From Coriobacteriaceae bacterium (lineage in GTDB: Bacteria > Actinomycetota > Coriobacteriia > Coriobacteriales > Eggerthellaceae): a stretch of 48,763 bases of DNA. Positions 7,938 to 17,343 of this stretch are shown piece after piece. The stretch is from the NCBI GenBank assembly GCA_015062635.1, contig SUUF01000001.1:1-48763 (forward strand). Direction: 5' to 3'. The notes under the pieces were generated by a model that was not told the origin of the DNA, ran no database searches, and saw nothing but the letters and a program-made list of their open reading frames with translations. Made by a program: the position numbers and the translations under genes. The stretch's first letter is position 1, and each line of letters starts with the position of its first letter.

Positions 7938-9218
7938 CTATTCCGAAAACTTCGCGAAAAGCGCCTTGTACGGGGCGCTCACCTGCACCTTCATGCGCGT
8001 GCCCTGGGCCGTGTGCTCTTCCTCGATGATGTGGCACTTGCTGTGCGCGAGGCTCGTCACGTCCCCGCGGTCATACGGTATCACCACTTGGAAGATGTAG
8101 CCCGTGTCGGCGGCCGCCTGCTGCACGCATGCGAGCAGCGCATCGATGCCCGTGCCCTCGTTCGCGCTGATGAACAGCCCCTCGGGGTATCGGTAGCGCA
8201 GGCTCTCGAGCTTCGCGGCGTCGAGCAGGTCGATCTTGTTGAACACCACCACGCGCCGGATGTCGGCGGCGTCGATCTGGTTCAAGATCTCGTCCACGGT
8301 CTTCATCTGCTTCTCGAAATCGATATCGGCCGCGTCGACGATATGCAGCACGAGGTCGGCCTCGCGAATCTCGTCAAGCGTGCTCTTGAAGCTCTCCACG
8401 AGCTTGGTCGGGAGCTTCTGGATGAAACCGACCGTGTCGGTGAGCGTGACCTCGCGTCCGTCGGGCAAGCTGAGGCGCTTGCTCTTCGAGTCGAGCGTGG
8501 CGAAGAGCTTGTCGTAGGAAAGCACGCCGGCATCGGTGAGCCGGTTGAGCAGGCTCGACTTGCCCGCATTCGTGTAGCCGGCCAGCGCCACGCGGAAGAT
8601 GCCGCTCTCCTGGCGATTCTGCCGCTGCAACGCGCGGTTCTTCTCGAGCTCCTTCAGCTGGCGGCGGATGCTCGTGATGCGGTCGCGCACGATGCGGCGG
8701 TCGACCTCGAGCTGGCTCTCGCCTTCGCCGAAGCGGCTGCCGACGCCGCCGCCCATGCGGTTGCTCGCCAAGTGCGCCCACATGCCGCGCAGTCGCGGAT
8801 ACAGGTACTCGTTCTGCGCGAGCCGCACCTGCAGGCGGCCTTCCTTCGTCGTGGCATGCAACGCGAAGATGTCGAGGATGAGCGCCGTGCGGTCGATGAC
8901 CTTCACGTCCTTGCCGACGGTCTTCTCGAGGTTCGACTGCTGGCTCGGCGTGAGCTCGTCGTCGAGGATGACGAGGTCGATGCCGTTTGCACGGCACATC
9001 TCGGCAATTTCCTCGGCCTTGCCGCTTCCCACGAAGGTGCGGGGGTTCGGCTTGTCGAGCCGCTGCGTCGTGGTCGCGACGACCTCGGCGCCGGCGGTCT
9101 CGGTCAGGCGCCGCAGCTCCTCGAGCGAGGATTCGAGCGACCAGGACGAATCGGGACGCTCGACGCCCACGAGGAGGGCGCGCTCCTGCTCTTCTTTCGG
9201 GTAATGGAATTCATTCAT
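7938..9218 (-). CDS. hflX: GTPase HflX
   Basis: HflX N-domain followed by G-domain motifs ALAGYTNAGKSSLLN, DTVGF, NKIDL. ATG 9218 (MNEFHY) preferred over TTG 9245. Confidence 0.9.
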   Translation of the reverse strand: MNEFHYPKEEQERALLVGVERPDSSWSLESSLEELRRLTETAGAEVVATTTQRLDKPNPRTFVGSGKAEEIAEMCRANGIDLVILDDELTPSQQSNLEKTVGKDVKVIDRTALILDIFALHATTKEGRLQVRLAQNEYLYPRLRGMWAHLASNRMGGGVGSRFGEGESQLEVDRRIVRDRITSIRRQLKELEKNRALQRQNRQESGIFRVALAGYTNAGKSSLLNRLTDAGVLSYDKLFATLDSKSKRLSLPDGREVTLTDTVGFIQKLPTKLVESFKSTLDEIREADLVLHIVDAADIDFEKQMKTVDEILNQIDAADIRRVVVFNKIDLLDAAKLESLRYRYPEGLFISANEGTGIDALLACVQQAAADTGYIFQVVIPYDRGDVTSLAHSKCHIIEEEHTAQGTRMKVQVSAPYKALFAKFSE

Positions 9219-9275
9219 GCGCGCTATTGTACCGCACTTGCCCAAAGGCGACGTGCGAGCCGAGGCTGCGAACCG

Positions 9276-10439
9276 CTAGCGATGCAACACGCCCCGCATG
9301 CGGACGATGGCCTCTGACAGGCGGTCGTCGGGAACCGTGAGGCTGATGCGGATGAACCCTTCCCCATCGACGCCGTAACCGCTGCCCGGCGTGACCGCGA
9401 CATGCACTTCCTGCAGCAGGTAGTCGGCAAACGCCGCCGAGGTCCAGCCTTCGGGAATGCGCGCCCATACGTAGATCGTCGCCTTCGGCGGCGTGCAGGC
9501 AAGCCCCATCTCGTTGAGCGCGGGCACGACGATGTCGCGTCGACGCTGGTAGCATGCGCATTGTGCGCGCACCGTCGACTGGTCGCTCGAAAGCGCGACC
9601 GCCCCCGCCCGCTGTATGGCCCCGAACACGCCCGTGTCGACGTTGCTCTTCACCGTTGCAAGCGCCTGCACGGCCTGGGCGTTGCCCGCCGCGAACGCGA
9701 TGCGCCAGCCTGTCATGTTGTATCCCTTCGACAGGCTGAAGAACTCGATGCCGACCTCGCGCGCACCGGGGCGTTGCAGCAGCGCCGGCGCGCGGTAGCC
9801 GTCGTAGCAGATGTCGCAGTAGGCGTTGTCATGCGCGAGCAGGATGTCGTTCTCGCGGCAAAACGCGATGGCCTCGTCGAGATACGACTCGGGCGCGCAG
9901 GCGCCGGTCGGGTTGTTCGGATACCCGAGGAACATGATCTTCGCGCGTTGCAGAACCTCGGCGGGCACCTGCGTGAAATCGGCCAGATAGCCGTTGCGTG
10001 CCGTCGTGGGCATCTTCCATACGTCGGCGTTGCGCAAGGTCGCAGCCGCGGAATACGACGGATAGCCGATGCTCGGCGCGAGAACGGCATCGCCCTCGTC
10101 GACGAAGGCGTTGCCCAGGTGCACGAGGCCCTCCTTGCTGCCGATGAGCGCAAGCACCTCGCGTTCGGGGTCGACATCCACGCCGAACCGGGATGCCAGG
10201 TAGCCCGCAGCCGCCTGCCTGAACTCCATCGAGCCGGCATACGACGGGTAATGGTGGAATGCGGGGTCATGCAGGGCGTCGACCATCGCGTCGACGATGA
10301 ATTCCGGCGTGGGGCGGTCGGGGTCGCCGACGGAAAGCGACACGACGTCGATTCCCCGCTCCTCAAGCGCCGCCCTCTTCCGCGAAAGCTCGACGAACAG
10401 ATACGGCTTTGTCTCGAGCAGGCATTTCGATACGCGCAT
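9276..10439 (-). CDS. dapL: LL-diaminopimelate aminotransferase (class I PLP aminotransferase)
   Basis: ATG 10439 preceded by AAGGAAGGAA. Motifs KPYLFVEL, SLSVGDPDRPTP, IGSKEG, YPNNPTG, FSLSKGYNMTGWR (PLP lysine). dapA and dapB lie in the same window. Confidence 0.75.
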   Translation of the reverse strand: MRVSKCLLETKPYLFVELSRKRAALEERGIDVVSLSVGDPDRPTPEFIVDAMVDALHDPAFHHYPSYAGSMEFRQAAAGYLASRFGVDVDPEREVLALIGSKEGLVHLGNAFVDEGDAVLAPSIGYPSYSAAATLRNADVWKMPTTARNGYLADFTQVPAEVLQRAKIMFLGYPNNPTGACAPESYLDEAIAFCRENDILLAHDNAYCDICYDGYRAPALLQRPGAREVGIEFFSLSKGYNMTGWRIAFAAGNAQAVQALATVKSNVDTGVFGAIQRAGAVALSSDQSTVRAQCACYQRRRDIVVPALNEMGLACTPPKATIYVWARIPEGWTSAAFADYLLQEVHVAVTPGSGYGVDGEGFIRISLTVPDDRLSEAIVRMRGVLHR

Positions 10440-10514
10440 GAACGGTTCCTTCCTTGCAAACCCCTTGCGCATTGTATCGCTTGTATGAGGCGGAGAATCT
10501 AACGTTCCGTCAAC

Positions 10515-11456
10515 TTATCGCGCGCAATCGATTTCGCGCAGGGCGGCTTCGAGCAGGCCGTCTCGCGAATTCGCATCGAGCCACCGCACCCGCGAATCGC
10601 CGCGCAGCCAGGAGCGCTGACGCTTCGCATAGCGGCGCGACGCGAGCTTGATGCGCTCGGACGCCTCGGTCATCGTGCAAAGCCCATCGAGCGCATCGAC
10701 GACCTCCTTGTAGCCGATGGCCTGCGGCGCGGTGACCGCTTCGCGCAAGCCCGCATCGAGCAGGCCCCGCACCTCGGCCGCCAGCCCGGCTTCGAACATG
10801 CCGTCGACCCGCTTCTCGATGCGGGCCGCCAGCAGCTCCGGGTCGACGGACAGCGCGAGGTAAACGGCCGGCAACACCTGGGGAATCGTCTGCAGGTTCG
10901 CGTTCTGGCGCGCATATGTCGTGCCTTCCGACAGCAATTCGAAGGCGCGGATGACGCGTTTCGTGTTATTGGGGTGGAGCAACGCCGCCGATTCGGGGTC
11001 TTTCTCGCGCAGCATCTCCCAGAGCGCCTGCGGCCCCACCTTACCGAGCAGCTCCGTGTAGGCATCGCGGACGGAATTTCCCACCTGGTCGCCTTTCGGG
11101 TACTCGTACCCGTCGATGACCCCGCGGATGTAGAGCCCGGTGCCCCCGCAGAGCACGACGCGCTTGCCGCGGGCGTCGATGTCGGCCGCCGCCCGGCGGG
11201 CGTATTCCTGGTACACCGCAACGGAATAGGGTTCGCCTGGATCGACGAGGTCGAGGCCCCAATGCGGAACGAGCCGCTCAGCCGGCGGAACCTTGCCCGT
11301 CCCGATATCCATGCCGCGATACACCTGCATGGAATCGGCGCTGATGATCTCGCCGCCTATCGCGAGCGCCACCTGCTGGGCCAAATCGCTCTTCCCCGAG
11401 GCCGTCGGCCCCGCGATGATGACGATGGGTTGGGAAAGCTGCGGCACGAACGCCAT
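10515..11456 (-). CDS. miaA: tRNA dimethylallyltransferase
   Basis: ORF 10515..11699 trimmed to ATG 11456 (MAFVPQLSQPIVIIAGPTASGKS). Motif ISADSMQVYRGMDIGTGK. The ATG overlaps the miaB stop by 1 nt (TGATG). Confidence 0.9.
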   Translation of the reverse strand: MAFVPQLSQPIVIIAGPTASGKSDLAQQVALAIGGEIISADSMQVYRGMDIGTGKVPPAERLVPHWGLDLVDPGEPYSVAVYQEYARRAAADIDARGKRVVLCGGTGLYIRGVIDGYEYPKGDQVGNSVRDAYTELLGKVGPQALWEMLREKDPESAALLHPNNTKRVIRAFELLSEGTTYARQNANLQTIPQVLPAVYLALSVDPELLAARIEKRVDGMFEAGLAAEVRGLLDAGLREAVTAPQAIGYKEVVDALDGLCTMTEASERIKLASRRYAKRQRSWLRGDSRVRWLDANSRDGLLEAALREIDCAR

Positions 11457-12823
11457 CAGCGCTCGACCAGGCCCGTATAGTCGGCGCGCAGGAACCACGG
11501 CCGCGCATCGGAAACATGGGCGGAAACGACCGAGCCGACCAACGATGCCGGATCGATATCCGCGGGCAATGCGACGTGGACGTTCTGGTTCTTCGGGCTG
11601 CGCCCCGAAACCGCGCCGGCGTCCTTGCGGTTCACGCTTTCCACCAGCACCTCGATATCGGTATCCTGGTCGCGGCGGTTCGCCTCCCACGCCTTGCATT
11701 CCACGAGGTCGCGCAGGCGGTCGAAACGCTCCTGGATGACCTCGCGCGGCGTGTCGTTCGGAAGCTTGGCGGCCGGCGTGCCCTCGCGCGGGGAATAGAT
11801 GAACGTGAACACCTGCGTGTACCCGACCTCCTTCACGAGGTCGTACGTCGCCTGGAAATCGGCCTCGGTCTCGCCCGGAAAGCCGACGATGATGTCGGTC
11901 GAAAGCGCGATGTCGGGACGGGCCGCGCGCACCTTCTGCACGAGGCCCAGATAATGCTCGGCCGTGTAGCGGCGGTTCATGGCCGCAAGCACCCGGTCGG
12001 AGCCCGATTGCACCGCCAAGTGCAGCGCCGGGGCGACCCGCTCGAGCGACCCGATGCGCTCGATGACCTGGTCGTTGAGATCCTTCGGATGGCTCGTCGC
12101 GAACCGCAGGTACCGCACGCCCGATTCGTGAACCGCATCGAGCACGTCGGCGAAGCGCGCTTCGCCGTACAGGTCGCGTCCATACGAGTTCACGTTCTGG
12201 CCGAGCAGCGTGATCTCCTTGGCGCCCGCGAGCACCAGGCCACGGGCCTCCTTGCGGATATCCTCGAGCGGGCGCGACTTCTCACGGCCGCGCACATAGG
12301 GCACGATGCAATACGAGCAGAAATTATTGCACCCGATGGTGATGGGGAGCCAGGCGCTCCAGTTCTTCTCGCGGTGGCTCGGCAGGCTCGTCGGGAAATC
12401 GAGCGAGGCGTCGAGCACTTCCACCTGGGCCGATTCCTTCTGGATGGCATCGGCGATGAGGCGCGGGAGCGACGCGAGGTTCATCGTGCCGAACACGACG
12501 TCGACGTTGGGCAGCTCGCGGACGAGCGCCTCGCCGTCGCGCTGGCCGATGCAGCCGCCGATGGCCACGTGACGCCGTCCCGTGGGAGACCCCGCGCGCA
12601 CGGGCACGTTCTTCATGGAATTCACCTGACCGCGCAGGCGCACATCTGCCGCCTCGCGCACGCAGCAGGTCATGAACACGACGACGTCGGCTTCCTCGAT
12701 CGTGGAAACCTGCTGCGCGCCGAGCGCCTCGAGCATGCCCACGACCCGTTCCGAATCGTGCTTGTTCATCTGGCATCCGAAGGTATGGATGCAGAAACGC
12801 AGGTCGTTGAAGACTTCGTTCAT
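11456..12823 (-). CDS. miaB: tRNA-2-methylthio-N6-dimethylallyladenosine synthase (radical SAM methylthiotransferase)
   Basis: UPF0004 N-domain FGCQMNKHDSE, radical-SAM CNNFCSYCIVP, C-terminal TRAM domain. Confidence 0.9.
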   Translation of the reverse strand: MNEVFNDLRFCIHTFGCQMNKHDSERVVGMLEALGAQQVSTIEEADVVVFMTCCVREAADVRLRGQVNSMKNVPVRAGSPTGRRHVAIGGCIGQRDGEALVRELPNVDVVFGTMNLASLPRLIADAIQKESAQVEVLDASLDFPTSLPSHREKNWSAWLPITIGCNNFCSYCIVPYVRGREKSRPLEDIRKEARGLVLAGAKEITLLGQNVNSYGRDLYGEARFADVLDAVHESGVRYLRFATSHPKDLNDQVIERIGSLERVAPALHLAVQSGSDRVLAAMNRRYTAEHYLGLVQKVRAARPDIALSTDIIVGFPGETEADFQATYDLVKEVGYTQVFTFIYSPREGTPAAKLPNDTPREVIQERFDRLRDLVECKAWEANRRDQDTDIEVLVESVNRKDAGAVSGRSPKNQNVHVALPADIDPASLVGSVVSAHVSDARPWFLRADYTGLVER

Positions 12824-12844
12824 GATTGCCCTACGCGCGCCCGG

Positions 12845-13144
12845 CTATTCGGCCTGCGGCACGACCGGCGTGCGCGGCTCGACCGAAAAGCGGATGGCGG
12901 TGCGGTATTCGCCGTCGATGACGATATCGGCGAACGCGGGAACGCACACGATCTCGATGCCGATGGGAGACAGGAAGCCGCGCGAGATGGCGATGGCCTT
13001 CACCGCCTGGTTCACGGCGCCGGCGCCCACTGCTTGGATATCGACATGCGAGCCGTCCTTGATCATGCCCGCAATGGCACCGGCAACCGATGCCGGCGAG
13101 GAATGGGAGGACACCTTCAGGCATCCGATTGACTGCTTTTCCAT
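12845..13144 (-). CDS. spoVS: SpoVS family protein
   Basis: 99 aa from ATG 13144 (MEKQSIGCLKVSSHSSPASVAGAIAG...IQAVGAGAVNQAVKAIAISRGF...VPAFADIVIDGEYRTAIRFSVEPR). Close match to the SpoVS pattern. The longer ORF 12845..13597 is rejected. Confidence 0.85.
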   Translation of the reverse strand: MEKQSIGCLKVSSHSSPASVAGAIAGMIKDGSHVDIQAVGAGAVNQAVKAIAISRGFLSPIGIEIVCVPAFADIVIDGEYRTAIRFSVEPRTPVVPQAE

Positions 13145-13325
13145 GGTGCTTCTTACGTGTCCTTCTATTGTTCCGTTTGCTCTGCGTGCAGTGGTGCGTC
13201 TCACCTGAGCGTAATCGCGTGTAGTTGCGGCAATGGATTCTAGCAAAGTTCCGGTGAAATGGGAAATCTCAACACCGAATAGCGGGCTTAGGCGGCATCG
13301 GGCATGCCCGGAAGCCGATTCATCC

Positions 13326-14339
13326 TCATGACGACAGGCGGTCTTTGATGGCGGTCGGTATCGCCATGATGGCGCGGCCGACCTTGAACGTGGTGGAATC
13401 GAGCACCTCGCCCATCGCGGCGGCCGGCCCGATGCCATGCAGGTCGAGCGCGATGCGCTCGCGGCGTTCGAGGGTCTCGCGGAAGGCGGCGACCTCTTCC
13501 ATCCCGATGGTGCGCACGTCCTCGGCCACGAGCTGCCAGGTGTGGTGGATGCGCGCGCAGTACGCATCGCAGAACGCCGCATCGAACTCGTCGGCATGGG
13601 ATTTGATCCACTCCTCCATGCGCATCGACGCCACGAGGTGGCCGCGGATGTTGCGCACGCTGCGCGCGCTCGTCATCGTCGAGTGCGCGCGCATGCGGCG
13701 CTGGTAGAACGTCTCGTTCAGAAACGCCGCGCGTTGCGCAAGCGGAATGCACATCATCGTGAACAGGAGGTCCTCATGGATGATGCCCTCCTCGAAGCGC
13801 AGCCCGGCGCGCTCGATCATCGAGCGGCGCATCAGGAACAGGCAGGCAGACGGCCGAAACGCCCCCGTGCGCTCGAGCTCGACGTAGATATCGGCGCCGG
13901 TGAACACGCCGGGCACATCGGGTCGGTCGTCTTGCGGCTCGGGATTGCTATGCGCGAGCGCCTCGGTCTCGTAAAAGGTCTTGGCCGCGAAGAACAGCAG
14001 GTCGAGCCCTTCGGAATCGGCTTTCGCGACGAGCCGCTCGAGCGTCTCGGGGCGGTAGTAATCGTCGGAATCGAGATTGAGCAGGTAATCGCCCCTTACC
14101 ACCTCGAGCGCGCGGTTGCGGGCAACCGACTGCCCGTTGTCGCCGCTTTCCAGGAAGACGAATCGGGCGTCGCCTCGCACCGTGCGTTTCGCGACCTCGA
14201 TGGAACGGTCGCTCGACCCGCTGTCGACGCATATCGCCTCGAAATCGGCGAAGGTCTGCGCCATCAGCGACTCCAGGCATTCGGCGATGTATTCCTGCAC
14301 GTTGTAGATGGGGATGATGACGCTCACTCGCGGATTCAT
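13326..14339 (-). CDS. Family 2 glycosyltransferase
   Basis: N-terminus MNPRVSVIIPIYNVQEYIAECLESLMAQT, then CVDSGSSD and DSDD (DxD). The ATG overlaps the stop of the upstream gene (ATGA). Confidence 0.85.
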   Translation of the reverse strand: MNPRVSVIIPIYNVQEYIAECLESLMAQTFADFEAICVDSGSSDRSIEVAKRTVRGDARFVFLESGDNGQSVARNRALEVVRGDYLLNLDSDDYYRPETLERLVAKADSEGLDLLFFAAKTFYETEALAHSNPEPQDDRPDVPGVFTGADIYVELERTGAFRPSACLFLMRRSMIERAGLRFEEGIIHEDLLFTMMCIPLAQRAAFLNETFYQRRMRAHSTMTSARSVRNIRGHLVASMRMEEWIKSHADEFDAAFCDAYCARIHHTWQLVAEDVRTIGMEEVAAFRETLERRERIALDLHGIGPAAAMGEVLDSTTFKVGRAIMAIPTAIKDRLSS

Positions 14340-15448
14340 GCCATTCCTCCTTGAACCTCTTCCCCGTCGGCGGCGCCCTGCTGCTCGGCGAACGGGATGA
14401 AGACCCGGATGCCATCGCGCCTGACGGTGATTTCGGGCTGCACCTGCGCATCGAGGTAATAGGCCTCGGCGAGCGGCCCGTATGCCGCGCCGACGCGCTG
14501 CGCGAACGCAACGCGGTCATCGGGCGCGATATGCACCGCCCGGCGTTCTGGACGCCGGGAATGTGCCGCGACGGCGCGTTTGCCGCCCGCGAGCGAGATG
14601 GCGTTCGCAAACGGCTCGAGCGGCGCGATCTCGCCGTCCATCACGCGGCGTGCGCTGCGCGTGGAAAGCTCGAGTCCCAGCTCGTGGGCCGTCTGCGCAA
14701 GTTCCTCGGGCGTCGCGGCAAGCGCCGGCCGCAGGCACACCGGGAATGCGCCCGCATCGGGCGCGAAGGCGCGCTCGACCGCCGAGAGCACGCGGCTGCC
14801 GTACGCGAGCAAGGTCGCGAGCACCTCGGTCGGCGAACCCAGGTACACGGCGCATGAACCGCGTTGCGCCAACGTGAACTCGGTGACGATGCGGTTGATG
14901 TTGCGCGGGCCCCGCATCACCGAGCGTCCGGTCGCGTCGACCACCAGATGCGGAACCGTGCTCTGGTCGGCCTTCTCGGGCAGGTTCCCGGTATCGGCGG
15001 ACACCGCCACCGACGTCCCGAGGCCCTCCCCCGATGCCGCGATTCGATGCTCCGCCGCATTGCAGGCGATGGAATAGAGCGCCATGCCGCGGCCGTGCAC
15101 GCCCCACTGGTCGGCGTGGAAGGTATCGAGCTTGCTCGTGACGCGCGGCTCGAAGACCTTCTGCCACATCTGGGGCGGTATGCCCTCGCCATCGTCGATG
15201 ACCACGATGTTGCGCATGCGCCCATCGCGGTTCGTCGCGATGCATATCATGCGCGCGCCCGCATCGCGCGCATTTCGCAGCAGCTCGAGGACGATATCCT
15301 CGACGCAGCGGATGTCCTGCTGGGCCTGCCGGCGCTCGGCCTCGGACGTCCTCAGGCGAACGAAGCCACCCCCGAGTTCCTCTTCAACCCGGAGGTGGCC
15401 TTCGCCCAATACTTCATCTATGAACCCGTGCAGGCCCGTGTCGCCCAT
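14336..15448 (-). CDS. GHKL-superfamily ATPase domain protein of unknown function (no HisKA, sensor or TM region)
   Basis: N-box ELLRNARDA, G1 VIDDGEGI, G2 GVHGRGMALY in the first ~150 aa. The C-terminal ~220 aa has no motif I recognise. Confidence 0.6.
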   Translation of the reverse strand: MGDTGLHGFIDEVLGEGHLRVEEELGGGFVRLRTSEAERRQAQQDIRCVEDIVLELLRNARDAGARMICIATNRDGRMRNIVVIDDGEGIPPQMWQKVFEPRVTSKLDTFHADQWGVHGRGMALYSIACNAAEHRIAASGEGLGTSVAVSADTGNLPEKADQSTVPHLVVDATGRSVMRGPRNINRIVTEFTLAQRGSCAVYLGSPTEVLATLLAYGSRVLSAVERAFAPDAGAFPVCLRPALAATPEELAQTAHELGLELSTRSARRVMDGEIAPLEPFANAISLAGGKRAVAAHSRRPERRAVHIAPDDRVAFAQRVGAAYGPLAEAYYLDAQVQPEITVRRDGIRVFIPFAEQQGAADGEEVQGGMA

Positions 15449-15457
15449 GGCGGGGTG

Positions 15458-17050
15458 CTACTTCGCGATGCCGATGGCGCGGCTCTCGCGGATGACGACG
15501 ACCTTCACCTGGCCGGGATACTGCATCTCGCTCTCGATGCGCTTCGCGATGTCGTGCGCGAGCACCGTGGTCTGCGCCTCATCGACGATTTCGGGCACGA
15601 CCATGACGCGCACCTCGCGGCCCGCCTGGATGGCGAACGTGCGGTCGACGCCCTCGTAGCTGTTCGCGATCTCCTCGAGCTTCTCGAGGCGCTTGATATA
15701 GGCGTCGAGCGTCTCTTTGCGGGCACCGGGACGCGCCGCGGAAATGGCGTCGGCCGCCTGCGTGATGACGTCGAGCACCGAATTCGGCTCGATGTCGTTG
15801 TGATGCGCCTCGATGGCGTGGACGATCTCGGGCTTCTCGCCGAAACGGCGCGCAAGGTCGGCGCCGATGACGGCATGGCTTCCGTCCACCTCGTGGGTCA
15901 CGGCCTTTCCGATGTCGTGCAGCAGGCCGGCGCGTTTCGCGGGAATCGGGTCGAGGCCGAGCTCGCTGGCCATGAAGCCGGCGAGATAGGCCACCTCGCG
16001 GGAGTGGTCGAGCACGTTCTGGCCGTATGACGTGCGGTAACGCAGCTTGCCGAGCGTCGTGACGAGCTCGGGATGCAGGTCGTGGATGCCCGTCTCGAAG
16101 CCCGCTTGCTCGCCGGCCTCCTGAACCTGCTTGTCGACGTACTTCGTGGCCTTCTCGAACATCTCCTCGATGCGCGCCGGATGGATGCGCCCATCGGCGA
16201 TGAGGTTCTCCATCGTGATGCGCGCGATCTCGCGGCGAACCGGGTCGAAGCAGCTGATGGTGACGCATTCCGGCGTGTCGTCGATGATGAGGTTCGCGCC
16301 GGTGATCTGCTCGAACGAGCGGATGTTGCGGCCCTCGCGGCCGATGATGCGGCCCTTCAGGTCGTCGCTCGGCAACGCCACGGTGTGCACCGTGTTCTCG
16401 GTGGTGTACTCGCTTGCCAAGCGCTGGATGGCCAGGCTCAGGATCTCGCGGCTCTTCTTGTCGGCCTCGAGCTTCGTGCGGTTCTCGGACTCGCGGATGA
16501 TGGCGGCCGACTCCATCGCGACCTCGCTGCGCAGGTTGTCGAGCAGCTCTTCCTTCGCCTCGTCGGCGGTCATGCCGCTCACCTGCTCGAGGCGCTCGTT
16601 GATCTGCCCGATGCGCTCCTCGGCCTCATCGAGGCGGTCCTCGTAATCGCGCTTGAGGTCGTCGAGCGCACGCTGCTCGCGCTCGAGATCGCGCTCACGC
16701 TTCTCGACCTGCCCCTGCATGCTCGAAAGGCGATGCTCGCGCGAATCGAGGGAATCGCTGCGCTTGTCGAGCGAACGCTCGCGGGCGTTCAGGCTCTTCT
16801 CCTGCTCGCGGGTCTTGTCGAGGCGGGCGGAATTCTCTGCCTCGGCCTTCTCGCGGAGCTTCGTGATCTCGTCTTTCGCCTCGATGAGCTTCTCGCGCTG
16901 CAGGATCTCGGCCTTCTCGCGCGCATCGTTCAACAGGCGCTCCGCCTCGGCGGCGGTGTTCTTAACCGATTGCGCGCCCATCGACCGCGCAACCAGCACG
17001 CCGGCGACAACGCCCAGTATCACGCCGACGACTGCAAATACCCATTCCAT
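15458..17050 (-). CDS. rny: Ribonuclease Y
   Basis: N-terminal TM helix, coiled-coil region, KH ([15 protein letters not shown]), HD domain (LLHDIGKA). Confidence 0.95.
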   Translation of the reverse strand: MEWVFAVVGVILGVVAGVLVARSMGAQSVKNTAAEAERLLNDAREKAEILQREKLIEAKDEITKLREKAEAENSARLDKTREQEKSLNARERSLDKRSDSLDSREHRLSSMQGQVEKRERDLEREQRALDDLKRDYEDRLDEAEERIGQINERLEQVSGMTADEAKEELLDNLRSEVAMESAAIIRESENRTKLEADKKSREILSLAIQRLASEYTTENTVHTVALPSDDLKGRIIGREGRNIRSFEQITGANLIIDDTPECVTISCFDPVRREIARITMENLIADGRIHPARIEEMFEKATKYVDKQVQEAGEQAGFETGIHDLHPELVTTLGKLRYRTSYGQNVLDHSREVAYLAGFMASELGLDPIPAKRAGLLHDIGKAVTHEVDGSHAVIGADLARRFGEKPEIVHAIEAHHNDIEPNSVLDVITQAADAISAARPGARKETLDAYIKRLEKLEEIANSYEGVDRTFAIQAGREVRVMVVPEIVDEAQTTVLAHDIAKRIESEMQYPGQVKVVVIRESRAIGIAK

Positions 17051-17096
17051 TAATCGCTCCTATGCTGTTCTCGGCACGGGTGTCCGTGCATAAAAA

Positions 17097-17116
17097 ATGC
17101 CAGGTGTATCTGGCAT
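17097..17116 (-). terminator. Terminator/attenuator-like hairpin inside the rny leader
   Basis: On the minus strand: ATGCCAG-atacac-CTGGCAT followed by TTTTTA. A second hairpin GCACGG-acac-CCGTGC (17074-17089) follows, just upstream of the rny SD AGGAGCG. Confidence 0.35.
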
Positions 17117-17119
17117 GAG

Positions 17120-17140
17120 CATACATGTGTCCTAGGGGGC
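17120..17140. repeat. Solitary degenerate copy of the 21-bp GGGGACATACATGTGGCGACC family
   Basis: CATACATGTGTC (17120-17131) matches 12/12 with unit 1 of the era-recO array (40369-40389). It is followed by ctaGGGGG, as at the unit junctions. Confidence 0.4.
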
Positions 17141-17343
17141 GCTATTCAGTTGTTCATATCTGAATACCCGATTGCCGGGTATGTATACTCATGGTGCACT
17201 CTATACTACCCCAACAAAAACTCCACCGCGTCTGCATCGCGCGATAGTCATTATTAGCCCATAAAGCCTGCAACCGATGCATCGTGCGATTTTCGCCGGG
17301 AAGCGGTAGAGTGTTCGCTGCAAGGATTCGTGGGAAGGACGCC

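Noticed and set aside
12845-13597. The 250-aa ORF 12845..13597(-) as an N-terminally extended SpoVS, and similar long N-terminal extensions in the track for glf, miaA, dapB, ybeY, phoH, mtaB and rpsO.
   Set aside because: The extensions are Arg/Ala/Pro-rich and lack homology. Internal ATG/GTG/TTG starts align with the canonical family N-termini and are preceded by SD sequences or overlap the upstream stop codon.
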